In this document: positions 9,236 to 19,781 of the stretch, in pieces
Numbering within the stretch: the stretch's first letter is position 1
How the letters are laid out: every line of letters starts with the position of its first letter
Origin: an uncultured Chloroflexia bacterium
GTDB taxonomy: Bacteria; Chloroflexota; Chloroflexia; QHBQ01; JADMIH01
Length of the DNA: 64,000 bases
Assembly: GCA_963797095.1 (NCBI GenBank)
Contig: CAWCNY010000006.1
Location: forward strand, 128,001 to 192,000
Direction: 5' to 3'
Notes under the pieces: model-generated
The model's database searches: none
The model's input: the letters and a program-made list of their open reading frames with translations, nothing else
Told to the model about the DNA's origin: nothing
Translations under genes and position numbers: made by a program

Positions 9236-10807
9236 ATGGATCACGGTCTCGCGACTGAAGGTGTCGCCACTGTTGTGTTCCTCTTGAGCACTACTATGGT
9301 GGTGGCCGTTGCCTCCAAATATTTACGAATCCCATATACTATAGCTCTCACGATTGCGGGCCTTCTGATCGCGCTCGCCAATATCAACCTGACCATCGAC
9401 CTCACCCCCGACCTGATACTTTTCATATTCCTGCCCGCACTCCTTTTCGAGTCGTCTTACAACCTCCCGTTCTCCGAGGTTCGCGACAACCTGCGTCCTA
9501 TTACCCTCCTCGCTATCCCAGGCGTTATTCTCACCGCCGCTGCTGTTGCAGTTGGCCTGCATTATATCGCGGGGCTGGGCTGGGATACCTCATTTCTGTT
9601 CGGCGCGATTATGTCGGCCACCGATCCGGTGTCTGTGCTCGCTATTTTCCGCCGCATAGGTGCGCCTCGCCGCCTTTCGGTCATTCTTGAAGGCGAAAGC
9701 CTCTTCAATGACGGAACCTCCATTGTAGTGTTCCGTATCGTGCTGAGCATTGTGATAGCCCACACTCTGGGGAACCTGGCGTTGAGCATCGAGCAATTTT
9801 TCGTGGTGGTCCTTGGCGCGCTGGCGCTGGGCGCTATCGTGGCCTATGTGGTATCGGCTATTCTTTCGCGAGTGAATGACTACCTGGTCGAAAGCACAGT
9901 CACTCTGATTGTGGCATACGGGACTTATCTCCTTGCCGAAGAAGTGGGCGTATCGGGTGTAATCGCCGTGGTGGTGGCGGCCCTGGTGCTGGGCAACTAC
10001 GGTCGCAAAGCGATGTCACCGACCACCCGCGAGGCCGTGTCTTCCACCTGGGAGCTGTTCGGCTTCCTCGCCAACTCGCTGATTTTCCTGTTGCTTGGAC
10101 TTGAGCTAGATGCAGCCAAACTCTGGCAGTACATCATCCCCACGCTCATAGCGATAGCGATCGTGCTCTTTGTGCGCTTCGTGGTTGTGGCCCTATCAAG
10201 CGGGATCTTGCGCTATATCCACAGGCCACTCCCCTACAGGTGGCAGGCCATACTGGTGTGGGGCGGGCTTCGCGGCTCTCTCGCGCTTGCCCTTGCCCTC
10301 AGCGTGCCGGTTTTCATTGACGGTCCTACGCTTTTCCCCAACCGGGATCTCATCCTTGCAATGACCTTTGGTGTTATTATCTTCTCCCTGGTTGTTCAGG
10401 GTTTGACAATAGAGCCGCTCCTGAGAAGGCTTAACCTCATAGGGAGGCAGGCTACCCAGGACGAGTATGAGATACTGGCCGCGCGCAAAGGGATGTTGCT
10501 TGCTGCTATAAACGAGATCGAGCGCATGGGGCGGGCCGGTGGGATCTCCCAGGATGCCATGCAAAGGCTCAAAGACGAGTACAACGACCGCCTGTCCGAG
10601 CTTGACACGGCCCTGGAAGACCTCCACCTGGCCGATGAGGACCTCAGCGAGTCGCAAATTCGCTCTATCAGGCGCAGGCTATTGCAGCTACAGAAAAGCA
10701 TCGTGCGCCAGCGCAACCTTGAGGGCGCGATCTCTGAAGAGCCGATGCGCCGCATAATGGCGGAGCTGGACCACCAACTCCACTCGCTCAACGAAGTCGA
10801 GACCTGA
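9236..10807 (+). CDS. Na+/H+ antiporter, CPA1 (NhaP/NhaK-like) family
   Basis: FLPALLFES, SATDPVSV, GESLFNDG and WGGLRG motifs, about 12 TM helices and a cytoplasmic helical tail. Confidence 0.95.
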   Translation: MDHGLATEGVATVVFLLSTTMVVAVASKYLRIPYTIALTIAGLLIALANINLTIDLTPDLILFIFLPALLFESSYNLPFSEVRDNLRPITLLAIPGVILTAAAVAVGLHYIAGLGWDTSFLFGAIMSATDPVSVLAIFRRIGAPRRLSVILEGESLFNDGTSIVVFRIVLSIVIAHTLGNLALSIEQFFVVVLGALALGAIVAYVVSAILSRVNDYLVESTVTLIVAYGTYLLAEEVGVSGVIAVVVAALVLGNYGRKAMSPTTREAVSSTWELFGFLANSLIFLLLGLELDAAKLWQYIIPTLIAIAIVLFVRFVVVALSSGILRYIHRPLPYRWQAILVWGGLRGSLALALALSVPVFIDGPTLFPNRDLILAMTFGVIIFSLVVQGLTIEPLLRRLNLIGRQATQDEYEILAARKGMLLAAINEIERMGRAGGISQDAMQRLKDEYNDRLSELDTALEDLHLADEDLSESQIRSIRRRLLQLQKSIVRQRNLEGAISEEPMRRIMAELDHQLHSLNEVET

Positions 10808-11045
10808 TCGGTAAGACCGGGAAATCAAATCAAGGGTTGCGGCGTAATCCCCTGCGTTTCTACGCCCTCACAGTTGCTTATCGCCCTGTCTGTTGACTAT
10901 AATAAGATGTCACGCCTTCAGGCGGAGCGCCAGGCGTGGCCTTTTTGTCTACGTATCAAAACGAAACTTGACGCCGGCACCGCGGCCTGCCCTTTATCCC
11001 ATAGGAAAATCCCATCCTCGAACGCGTACTTAGGAGATACCTGTA

Positions 11046-12452
11046 ATGGAAAGAGGCTCAGGGTCTAGAACCCTCCAATTAATCTTGCTCATCCTGGTGG
11101 TTGCCCTCGTCGGTTATGGCGCGGGTTTCGCCACACCCTACATCACCGGTCAAGCCTCGCTTCCCACTCTGGGCCTGGGTGGCGATAACACCCAGAGCAA
11201 CGGCGGCGCTCTGCCGGAACCGACCCTGCCCGCCGCCGATGCCGACATCAGCAAGCAGTTCGACTCATTCTGGCAGACCTTCCAGGCTATCAACGACGAC
11301 TATTATTATCAGCCCATCGACCGCCAGAAGCTCATCTACGGAGCAGCCCAGGGCATGGTCTCTTCGCTGGGTGATGACTTCTCCAGCTTCCTCACCCCCG
11401 ACGTAAACGCCGTCGTCAAAAGCTCCTTTGAAGGCAACTTCGAAGGCGTTGGCATGTATATCGAGCGGCGCAACAACCTTCCAACCGTGGTAGCTCCCAT
11501 CCCCAACACACCTGCCGAACGGGCCGGGGTGCGCGCGAAGGATGTTATCCTCGCGGTTGACGGTCGCGATGTCACCCAAATGACGCCCGATCAGGTCGCC
11601 ACGCTTGTGCGCGGTCCAGCAGGCACGACAGTTCGCATCAAGTTCCTCCACGAAGGCGAAGACCAACCGTTTGAGGTGGAGCTTACCCGCGCGCGGATAG
11701 AAGTACCCTCGGTCACTTACAAGAAGGAGGGCGATTACGGCTGGCTCCAGGTGTCGGTCTTCAATGACAAGACCACTCCTGAACTTGATGACGCTCTCAA
11801 CCAGGCCAAGGCCGACGGTGACAAGGGGATCATACTCGACCTGCGCAACAATGGTGGGGGCCTCGTGACCTCTGCCCTCGAAATGCTGGGACGCTTCCTG
11901 CCAGATGATACTATCGCGTTCTACGAGTCGCACAAGGTCGACGGCTCAGATGATCGCCCGCAGCGCGTTATCTCCAACGGCCCCAAGTTTACGGGTATAC
12001 CGCTGGTGGTGCTCGTCAATGGCGGCAGCGCTTCGGCTTCCGAGCTTACATCCGGCGCGCTACAGGACTATAAGCGCGCGGTGCTCATTGGTGAGCAGAC
12101 CTTCGGTAAAGGCTCAGAGCAGCACGTGTATGACTGGGACGACGGCTCGGAAGCTCGTATTACGTTCGCGCACTGGCTTACGCCAGACAAGCGTGACATC
12201 AACCCCAAGCGCACACCGACCCCCGGCCCGAACGATACTCCAGCGCCGGAGCCTACATTCACCCCTACTCCTATCTCTACTGTTCCACCTGCCGGAGCCA
12301 CCGCCACCGCCGAAGCCGCGCCACTGGTCCCCAGCCAGCCGGATCGTGGTCTTACCCCTGATATAATCGTGGTTCGCACCGTCCAGGACTACCAGGAGGA
12401 CAAGGACCCGCAACTTGACCGGGCCATCAAGTACCTTACTAACGGCAAATAA
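11046..12452 (+). CDS. Carboxyl-terminal processing protease (S41A, PDZ domain)
   Basis: N-terminal TM anchor, PDZ (FEGVG, TPAERAGV), ILDLRNNGGG, GSASASE, GEQTFGKG and DPQLDRAI. A PT-rich insertion lies near the C-terminus. Confidence 0.95.
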   Translation: MERGSGSRTLQLILLILVVALVGYGAGFATPYITGQASLPTLGLGGDNTQSNGGALPEPTLPAADADISKQFDSFWQTFQAINDDYYYQPIDRQKLIYGAAQGMVSSLGDDFSSFLTPDVNAVVKSSFEGNFEGVGMYIERRNNLPTVVAPIPNTPAERAGVRAKDVILAVDGRDVTQMTPDQVATLVRGPAGTTVRIKFLHEGEDQPFEVELTRARIEVPSVTYKKEGDYGWLQVSVFNDKTTPELDDALNQAKADGDKGIILDLRNNGGGLVTSALEMLGRFLPDDTIAFYESHKVDGSDDRPQRVISNGPKFTGIPLVVLVNGGSASASELTSGALQDYKRAVLIGEQTFGKGSEQHVYDWDDGSEARITFAHWLTPDKRDINPKRTPTPGPNDTPAPEPTFTPTPISTVPPAGATATAEAAPLVPSQPDRGLTPDIIVVRTVQDYQEDKDPQLDRAIKYLTNGK

Positions 12453-12466
12453 GGGTGATGAGGGAC

Positions 12467-12517
12467 ATTCTAAAATAGAGAAATGGCGGCTAAGCCGCCA
12501 TTTCTCTATTTTAGAAT
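12467..12517. terminator. Perfect 24-bp inverted repeat between the convergent S41 protease and gpsA genes
   Basis: ATTCTAAAATAGAGAAATGGCGGC-TAA-GCCGCCATTTCTCTATTTTAGAAT. Confidence 0.75.
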
Positions 12518-12599
12518 CAGACTAGATGCCTGCGAAGCTGAGATCTAAAATTCGGGATGTTTCATGTTTTAGGAACAGGTTGTGCATCATCCGGGGTTT

Positions 12600-13679
12600 C
12601 TACGAGTCTTCGGCCCTGGTTCCATCTTCCATTGACACCCCTAGCGAGAGGAACTCGTCGGTAGGTTCACGCGTTAGAAGCGCGGCCAGCCCTTCTAGCG
12701 CGGGCTTGCCCTCGAACAGCACCTGGTACAACTGCTCAGTGATCGGCATCTCTACGTTGTGCCTGGCCGCGAACTCGCGCGCGGCCCTGGTAGTTGTCAC
12801 CCCCTCGGCGACCTGCCCGCGCATTATGATGTGCGCTTCGTCCATCGTTTTCCCCTGGGCCAGCAACTCTCCCAGAGTTCGGTTCCTTGAGAGGGGCGAG
12901 GAGCAGGTTGCTATCAAATCGCCCAGACCTGCCAACCCAGCGAATGTAAATAGAGAGGCCCCGGCAGCCATACCGAGTCGCCCGATCTCGACCAGGCCCC
13001 TGGTGGTCAACGCGGCCTTGGCCGAGTCGCCTGCGGTCATACCGTCGGCCATACCTGCCGCCACCGCGATGATATTCTTCAAGGCTCCGCCCAGTTCCAC
13101 ACCGATCACGTCGGGGTTGGTGTATACTCTGAAGCGCCCGCCCGTTAGCAGTTCCTGGGCTCTCTGAGCGGTTTCCAGGTTTGCCGCGCCGATCACGGTG
13201 GTCGCGGGCTTGCCCGCTACGATCTCCTTCGCCAGGTTCGGCCCCGACAGCGCTGCCAACCTATCCTCCCATTCAGCGCCTAATTCTTCGCCCAAAACCT
13301 CTGTCATCCGCTGCAATGTGCCAAGCTCCAGCCCCTTCGCCGCGCTTACCACAATTGCGCCTGGCCTGGCGCTACTAAGGTAAGGTTTGAGCGCACGCAT
13401 GTTTGCCCTCATAGTCTGCGCGGGCACCACCATCAGCAGCATATCGCACCCGTTGAGGGCTTCTTCGGCATCGGCGGTGGGTGTGAGGGTCGGTGGGAAA
13501 GCGTAGCCGCGCATGAACCGCTCGTTCTCCCCGGCAGACCGCAGGAGCTCGGCCTCCTCCTCTGTTCGCGCCAACAGGCTTGTTTCCAGGCCCTGCCTCG
13601 CCGATAGAATAGCCAGGGTGGTACCCCAACTGCCCGTTCCTACTACGGCCACGCGCCCTCGCGAACTGCTCCGCTGCAT
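12600..13679 (-). CDS. gpsA: NAD(P)H-dependent glycerol-3-phosphate dehydrogenase
   Basis: VVGTGSWGT, KGLE, LSGPNLA, GVELGGALKN and GLAGLGDLIATCSSPLSRN. GGAGG RBS before the ATG at 13679. Confidence 0.97.
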   Translation of the reverse strand: MQRSSSRGRVAVVGTGSWGTTLAILSARQGLETSLLARTEEEAELLRSAGENERFMRGYAFPPTLTPTADAEEALNGCDMLLMVVPAQTMRANMRALKPYLSSARPGAIVVSAAKGLELGTLQRMTEVLGEELGAEWEDRLAALSGPNLAKEIVAGKPATTVIGAANLETAQRAQELLTGGRFRVYTNPDVIGVELGGALKNIIAVAAGMADGMTAGDSAKAALTTRGLVEIGRLGMAAGASLFTFAGLAGLGDLIATCSSPLSRNRTLGELLAQGKTMDEAHIIMRGQVAEGVTTTRAAREFAARHNVEMPITEQLYQVLFEGKPALEGLAALLTREPTDEFLSLGVSMEDGTRAEDS

Positions 13680-13867
13680 ATTGCCTCCGTGCAAAGTGTG
13701 TGATGCTGCTCAATCGTCCTGTTTACAATCCATGATTATAGCATAGGGCCGCCCGGCGCTTGCTCTCCATCTTGCAAAGCCATATACTCTCCCTATGCTT
13801 TCCAAAGCCCTTTTCGGGTATGGCCCCATTGTCTTTATTCCCTATGACCCTCAGGTGAATTGATACC

Positions 13868-15031
13868 ATGACTTATCTCACGCATCTCCGGTGTGCAGAT
13901 TGCGACCTGACGTATTCTCCCGATAACGAACGGCACCTTTGCTCTTGTGGCGGCATCTTGCTTGCTTCCTACGACCTTGAGCGTATGCGGAGCGAAGTGC
14001 CTCGCTCTCGAATAAAGTCGCGCCCCTGGTATGACGGGCTGTGGCGCTACTTCGAGCTTCTTCCGGTGCAGGACCCTGCGAATCGCGTGTCACTGGGTGA
14101 AGGTGCTACCCCTCTGCTGCCCATTGAATGGCTCTCGTCTGAGTTGGGCCTCGATCTCCTTCTCAAAGATGAAGGGTTGAACCCAACGGGTACATTCAAA
14201 GCGCGTGGGGCGGCGCTTGGTGTGTCGCGTGCAAAGGAACTGGGAGCGCGCACCATCGCGCTTCCCACAGCCGGGAACGCCGGGGCGGCGTGGTCGGCCT
14301 ATGGAGCGCGTGCGGGTATTCCTGTCGTGGTAGCGATGCCTAAAGACGCGCCTTCTCTCACCCAGCAGGAGGTGGTTACATACGGTGCTCGTCTCCATCT
14401 CGTGGATGGTCTCATCAGCGACGCGGGAAAGTGGATCGCCGAGGGCGTGGCGCGCGAGGGGTGGTATGATGCCTCGACGTTCAAAGAGCCTTATCGCCTG
14501 GAAGGGAAGAAGACGCTGGGCCTGGAAATCGCCGAGCAGTCGGGATGGAGCGCGCCCGATGCTATTCTTTACCCGACGGGCGGTGGGGTTGGCTTGCTGG
14601 GTCTGTGGAAAGCGTTCAATGAACTGCGTGCCCTGGGGTGGCTCTCCGACGATAGACCGCTGCCCCGGCTGGTAGCTGTGCAATCGACGGGTTGCGCTCC
14701 GGTGGTGCAGGCATGGGAATCGGGCGCTGATCATACCGAGTTCTGGAAGGGGGCGCAAACGCTTGCTGCGGGTCTGCGGGTTCCCGGCCCGCTCTCCGGC
14801 TCTCTGATGCTGCGCGCCCTGCGGGAGACAGGTGGGATCGCCCTCTCGGTTACGGATGATGAGATCAGGTCCGCGATGGGTGAACTGGCTCGAATGGGCT
14901 TCTGGGTTTGCCCGGAAGGTGCGGCCCTGCTGCCAGCCGTGCGCCGCCTCCGCGCCGAAGGCTGGCTCAGTGAAGGCGAGCGCGTGGTGCTGCTGAATAC
15001 GGGGACGGGGTTGATATATCCTGACGAGTGA
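13868..15031 (+). CDS. thrC: Threonine synthase (PLP fold type II)
   Basis: N-terminal Cys zinc motif, SLGEGATPL, NPTGTFKARG (PLP Lys), EGKKTLGLE, YPTGGG and LNTGTG. Confidence 0.9.
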   Translation: MTYLTHLRCADCDLTYSPDNERHLCSCGGILLASYDLERMRSEVPRSRIKSRPWYDGLWRYFELLPVQDPANRVSLGEGATPLLPIEWLSSELGLDLLLKDEGLNPTGTFKARGAALGVSRAKELGARTIALPTAGNAGAAWSAYGARAGIPVVVAMPKDAPSLTQQEVVTYGARLHLVDGLISDAGKWIAEGVAREGWYDASTFKEPYRLEGKKTLGLEIAEQSGWSAPDAILYPTGGGVGLLGLWKAFNELRALGWLSDDRPLPRLVAVQSTGCAPVVQAWESGADHTEFWKGAQTLAAGLRVPGPLSGSLMLRALRETGGIALSVTDDEIRSAMGELARMGFWVCPEGAALLPAVRRLRAEGWLSEGERVVLLNTGTGLIYPDE

Positions 15032-15099
15032 CGAGTGGCGAGTGACGAGTGACGAGTGGCGAGTGGCGAGTGATTGAATGCGCAGTACGCAGTACGCAA
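15022..15099. repeat. Heptamer tandem repeats: TG[A/G]CGAG x7, then T[A/G]CGCA[G/A] x3
   Basis: Read directly between thrC and lysA. Confidence 0.9.
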
Positions 15100-15113
15100 T
15101 AGAAGGACTTCTT

Positions 15114-16388
15114 ATGTCAGGCGCTTTACAGTACAGGGGCGGCATTCTCTATATTGAAGATACCCCCGTTAGCGATCTTGCCCGGCGCTTTGGCACTCCG
15201 CTCTATGCTTATAGTAGTTTGGTGTTGCGCGAGCAGTATGTGAGTTTGGTTCGTGCCCTGGATGGCCTGGCTTCTCGCGTTACGATCTGCTACGCGCTCA
15301 AGGCGAACGCGAATCTTGCTATCGGAGGCCTTCTTGCGGGGTTGAACGCGGGGGCCGATGTGGTTTCGGGTGGGGAGCTTTACCTGGCACGTCGTATGGG
15401 CTTCCTGCCGGAAAAGATCGTGTTCGCGGGTGTTGGCAAGACCCGACGGGAGATGCAAGAGGCCCTGGCGGGGGGCATACGATCATTCCACATTGAATCG
15501 TCGGGAGAGCTTGCGGTGCTCGAAAAAGTAGCGGCGGACCTGGGGAAGGTTGCCCCGGTCGCCGTGCGTATCAACCCTGACGTGGATGCCCATACTCATC
15601 CCTTTATTACTACGGGAACCCATGCTAATAAGTTTGGGGTGCCTCTGTCCGAGGCGCTTAGCCTGGTGCGCTACGCCTCCGGTTCGCTGCATCTTCGCCC
15701 GGTTGGCCTACATGTTCATATAGGGTCGCAACTTCCGACTGTGCAGCCAGTTGCCGATGCCGTGCGGCGCGTGTTGCAGTTGTGGGATGTGCTTGCAGCC
15801 GAGGGTATTCGCCTCCACGACCTTGATATCGGGGGTGGCCTGGGCATTCCTTATCACCCTGAGGACAACCCCGAAAGCCCGGAGGAATTGGCTGCGTACC
15901 TCAACCCTCTTCTTAGAGGGCGCGATCTCAATTTGCTGGTTGAGCCTGGGCGTTTTATCGTTGGCCCGGCGGGGGCACTCCTCACCACCATCCTTTATAT
16001 GAAGGCGTCTCCCGCGAACCCTCCACGCACCACCGGCTCCCTGGGCCGCCACCCTCCAATCGCTATAGTGGACGCGGGCATGAACGATCTTTTGCGCCCT
16101 GCTCTTTACGGGGCGTGGCACCCAATCTTACCCATGCGTGAAGCCGACCTGGATTCGGGGCAACCTGTGGACGTAGCGGGCCCGGTTTGCGAATCGTCCG
16201 ATTTCTCTGGGAGAGAAAGGCTGCTGGGAACGCCGCGCCCCGGCGACATCCTGGCAATTGGGCAGGCAGGAGCATACGGATTCGCTATGTCTTCCCAGTA
16301 CAACGGTAGGCCGCGCCCCGCCGAGGTGCTTGTGGAAGGTGCCCAGGCGACGGTGATTCGCCAGCGCGAAAGCTATGAGGATCTATAG
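15114..16388 (+). CDS. lysA: Diaminopimelate decarboxylase
   Basis: YALKAN (PLP Lys), DVVSGGEL, HVHIGSQ, DIGGG, EPGR, GPVCESSD and GAYGFAMSSQYNGRPRP. Confidence 0.96.
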   Translation: MSGALQYRGGILYIEDTPVSDLARRFGTPLYAYSSLVLREQYVSLVRALDGLASRVTICYALKANANLAIGGLLAGLNAGADVVSGGELYLARRMGFLPEKIVFAGVGKTRREMQEALAGGIRSFHIESSGELAVLEKVAADLGKVAPVAVRINPDVDAHTHPFITTGTHANKFGVPLSEALSLVRYASGSLHLRPVGLHVHIGSQLPTVQPVADAVRRVLQLWDVLAAEGIRLHDLDIGGGLGIPYHPEDNPESPEELAAYLNPLLRGRDLNLLVEPGRFIVGPAGALLTTILYMKASPANPPRTTGSLGRHPPIAIVDAGMNDLLRPALYGAWHPILPMREADLDSGQPVDVAGPVCESSDFSGRERLLGTPRPGDILAIGQAGAYGFAMSSQYNGRPRPAEVLVEGAQATVIRQRESYEDL

Positions 16389-16398
16389 AAGGGAAGTG

Positions 16399-16785
16399 TC
16401 AGGGGAGCCAGTATTCAAGCTGGATGTCGTCGGGATCGCGGAAGGCCACATAGTAGTTGCCCGTCGGCGCGAACTGCTCGACGCCCATTGTGGGGACACC
16501 CGCCGCGAGCAATTTGGCGGCCAGTTCTTCAAGAGCCTCCATACCTGGGGCGGTAAAAGAGAGATGGTCGAGGCCAATGCGGAACTCGCTGAAGCGGTCG
16601 CTGGGGATCGGGTGGCGGGAGGGATAGACGAAGAAATAGATGCCGCCTGTTGAAAAGAAGAAGCCCTTATTGGGGTCGTCTTGTACGGCGGTAACGTCGA
16701 AGCCAAGGAGGTCGCCGTAGAACTTCCTGGCGCGCTCGACACTGGAGACGGTCAGGATGATGTGGTTGAGACCAGGGGTGTTCAT
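16399..16785 (-). CDS. VOC/glyoxalase family protein
   Basis: LNHIILTV...FYGDLLG, GLDHLSF and AFRDPDDIQLE. Confidence 0.92.
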   Translation of the reverse strand: MNTPGLNHIILTVSSVERARKFYGDLLGFDVTAVQDDPNKGFFFSTGGIYFFVYPSRHPIPSDRFSEFRIGLDHLSFTAPGMEALEELAAKLLAAGVPTMGVEQFAPTGNYYVAFRDPDDIQLEYWLP

Positions 16786-16816
16786 CGATTGTCCCTCCGG
16801 ATCCTGTTACGTGTCC

Positions 16817-17980
16817 TTATCGCCCCCAGGAGGGCAATTGCCCGTTCTTTACCAGGGGAGTCAGTTTGTGGTCTCCGGTCAGGCTGATCTGGGCGATTTC
16901 CAGCCCCGTCGCCATCCATTCCGGGCCGAGGGGTTTGCTCTGCATGGTGCCGGTTTCTACTACGAGTTTATCGCCGGACGGTGACCAGGCAGGGTTGTTG
17001 GTGAGGTTAGGGAGGGCCGCCAGGTCCAGCCCGCCCCGCGTTCTGACCGCGACATTAGGCTCACCCGAGATAGATCTGCTCCTGTAGACTAATAGATCGC
17101 TGTCGGCTCCCACCGATGCGGGCGACCAGAGAGGTCCCGGCCCCTGCCCATACTCGCCCACGCCCGTGCCAACCAGCTGCTTTTCATCGCGGAACGGCGT
17201 GGCTTCGTCTTCCAGCACTCCGTAGATCAGGACAGCCCCGTTCAAGGACTCAGTGTATAACAGTGTTCTACTATCGGGGGACCAATCAGGTTCGCCGCCT
17301 CCGATCTCGCGAATGTCGCCATCGTGCCCTTCTGCTAGAGGCCAACGCCTCAAATAGAATGGGTTATTGGGGCCGCTCGCTACTACCCATTTGCCGTCAG
17401 GCGACCACTTGACGCTGCGCTCATAGCTGGCTCCTACATCGCCCGCGCCTTCCACGAAATCGGCAAGCAAGGTCGGGTCACCACCCTCGACGGGTATTAC
17501 CCAGGCTTTCTCAGCGCCGACGGTGCTCAGGTCGTAGGTGATGAAGCCGAGCATTGTGCTGTCGTAGCTCCAGCCGATGTGCTGCCTCTCGGCCAGCGAG
17601 CCAGTGTATAAGTTCCTGGCCTCGCCACCGCTGATGGGCATCACATAGAGGTTATTCCCCCCGATCCAGGCTATGCTTTGGCCGTCGGGGGAGGGCTGGG
17701 GAGTGTCGGTGGCGGGCAGATCGCTCATCTGCCGCTCCCCGGAGCCATCTGGCTCTACCGTCCACAGGTGTCCGTCGCGCACGAAGTAAATGTGGCCGGG
17801 ACCTACCGCGACGGGCGTAAAACCGCGTATGGGGGTGGCTCTAATGGGGGTCGTGTACACGGCTTCTTCGGGGTTTTGCGATCCCGGGGAAGGCGTGGGT
17901 AATTCAGGTGGGGGTGCGGGCACGTCACAGCCCGCCAGCAGCACTAATAAGGCAGCAAATACCAACCAGGTACGGCGCAT
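16817..17980 (-). CDS. Lipoprotein with a TolB-like (PD40) beta-propeller
   Basis: Lipobox LLAGC and repeated PSPDG/WSPDG/WSPSG motifs. Confidence 0.85.
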   Translation of the reverse strand: MRRTWLVFAALLVLLAGCDVPAPPPELPTPSPGSQNPEEAVYTTPIRATPIRGFTPVAVGPGHIYFVRDGHLWTVEPDGSGERQMSDLPATDTPQPSPDGQSIAWIGGNNLYVMPISGGEARNLYTGSLAERQHIGWSYDSTMLGFITYDLSTVGAEKAWVIPVEGGDPTLLADFVEGAGDVGASYERSVKWSPDGKWVVASGPNNPFYLRRWPLAEGHDGDIREIGGGEPDWSPDSRTLLYTESLNGAVLIYGVLEDEATPFRDEKQLVGTGVGEYGQGPGPLWSPASVGADSDLLVYRSRSISGEPNVAVRTRGGLDLAALPNLTNNPAWSPSGDKLVVETGTMQSKPLGPEWMATGLEIAQISLTGDHKLTPLVKNGQLPSWGR

Positions 17981-18053
17981 ACTCTACTATAGCAACTCTC
18001 TAGCCCAAGCAAAAGGGGATGTTTCATAAAATCAACGGCCGGGACGTCTGAAA

Positions 18054-19664
18054 TCAGCTTATCATTCCATTCGGGTCGAACACTGCTTCTCCATTCACCA
18101 TTGTCACAAGGGGCTTCATATGCTTGATATCTTTTGGGTCGATGGTGAAAATATCGCGGTCAAGCACCAGTAGATCGGCTACCGAGCCGGGGGTAAGCAT
18201 CCCGGTCACGCCGGGAAGGTAGGGACAGGAACGGGCCGCGCCTTCCGCGTAGGCGCGCACAGCCTCCTCGACCGTCAATCGCTCCTCTGGATACCAGCCT
18301 TCGGATGGCTCGTCGTTTGCGTCCTGGCGGGTGACTGCCGCATGTATGCCCAGAAATGGATCGGGCAACTCAACGGGTGCATCGGAGCCGAAGGCCAGTA
18401 AGCCCCCGGCGTTGAGCACGCTTCGCCAGGCGTAGCTGTAGCGAGCGCGGCTGCCCCACAGCCTGTCGGCGGCGCGCATGTCGGAGGTGGCGTGCAGGGG
18501 CTGCATAGAGGCCACCACGCCGAGGGCGGCGAAGCGCGGGATGTCGTCGGGGTGGAGGAGTTGGGCGTGCTCGATGCGGTTCTTGCCTGCTACCGCGCTG
18601 TAGTCTATGCCCATAGAGTCGCGTGCCTTCTGGAAGGCGTCGAGCACGCGCCTGTTGGCGGCATCGCCGATTGCGTGGATAGCGGAGGGTATGCCGGAGG
18701 AGGCGGCGCGCAGCACGGCCTCTTCCAGTTCTTCCTGCGGGATTGTGCCTATGCCTTTGTTATTGGGTTGGCCCTCGAACGGTTCCAACATTTGCGCGGT
18801 CGAGGAGCCTAGTGAGCCGTCGCTGAATATTTTGACCGGGCCGGTTCGCAGCCTGTCGGAGCCGAAGCCGGTTCGCAGGCCGACGCGGATGGACTCTTCA
18901 AGCGTGTAGTATGCGAGCAGGATTATCACCCTCAGGGGTAATTGGTCTGCCGCGTCCAACACCTGGAAGGCTGAGAAAGGGTCCGGCCCCTCGCAGTCGT
19001 GGAAGCCAACCAGCCCCATGCCAGCGAGCACCCCGAACCCGCGCTTCATGGCGGTGATGGCATCTTCGGGTGGTTCGTCGACCGCACCATGCACCAACCG
19101 GACCGCGCTTTCGTAGAGCATGCCGTCAGGCTCGCCATCGGTACCCCTGCCGATGACGGCTCCGGGGGGATCGGGCGTTTCTCTTGTGACACCTGCTCTT
19201 TCTAATGCTGCGGTGTTTACCCAGCAGCTATGCATATCCTTCCTGTCGAGCAGTACGGGGTTGGCGGGGGCGACGCGGTCGAGGTCGTGCCTGGTGGGGT
19301 AGTCGGGGGGCGACCAGAGGTTGTTGTTCCACCTGCCACCCAGCACCCATTTGCCGGGGCCAAGCTCTTTCGCTTTGGCCTCTACTTTGGCGAGCGCCTC
19401 TTCCTGTGAGGTCACGCCGTCCAGGTCGATTTTTGTGAGGCTGCGCGAGTAGTCGAGGAAGTGTATGTGGGCGTCGATCAGCCCTGGGATGATGGCTCGG
19501 TCGCCCGCGTCGATGCGCTGTACTTCGCCGGGTAGCCGGCGCAAGACTTCGGTGTTTCCTACAGCCAGGATGCGCCCGTGGCGTATCGCCACGGCGGTGG
19601 CGTGGGGCACCTCTATGTCCATTGTATATACACGCGCGTTCTCGATAATCAGCGTGCGTGGCAT
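18054..19664 (-). CDS. Metal-dependent amidohydrolase (Amidohydro_3, YtcJ-like)
   Basis: PGLIDAHIH, KIFSDGSLG, HAIGD, RIEHAQ and FGSDAPV. Confidence 0.93.
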   Translation of the reverse strand: MPRTLIIENARVYTMDIEVPHATAVAIRHGRILAVGNTEVLRRLPGEVQRIDAGDRAIIPGLIDAHIHFLDYSRSLTKIDLDGVTSQEEALAKVEAKAKELGPGKWVLGGRWNNNLWSPPDYPTRHDLDRVAPANPVLLDRKDMHSCWVNTAALERAGVTRETPDPPGAVIGRGTDGEPDGMLYESAVRLVHGAVDEPPEDAITAMKRGFGVLAGMGLVGFHDCEGPDPFSAFQVLDAADQLPLRVIILLAYYTLEESIRVGLRTGFGSDRLRTGPVKIFSDGSLGSSTAQMLEPFEGQPNNKGIGTIPQEELEEAVLRAASSGIPSAIHAIGDAANRRVLDAFQKARDSMGIDYSAVAGKNRIEHAQLLHPDDIPRFAALGVVASMQPLHATSDMRAADRLWGSRARYSYAWRSVLNAGGLLAFGSDAPVELPDPFLGIHAAVTRQDANDEPSEGWYPEERLTVEEAVRAYAEGAARSCPYLPGVTGMLTPGSVADLLVLDRDIFTIDPKDIKHMKPLVTMVNGEAVFDPNGMIS

Positions 19665-19781
19665 ACCGGCTCCTTGTTTTTACCACGAAGAAACGAAGAA
19701 GGGCGAAGGACGCGAAGAGTATTAAGAAGGGTATTAATTAGAGGTTCTTCGTGGACCTGGTTGTTCTACGCGTGACAAAAG

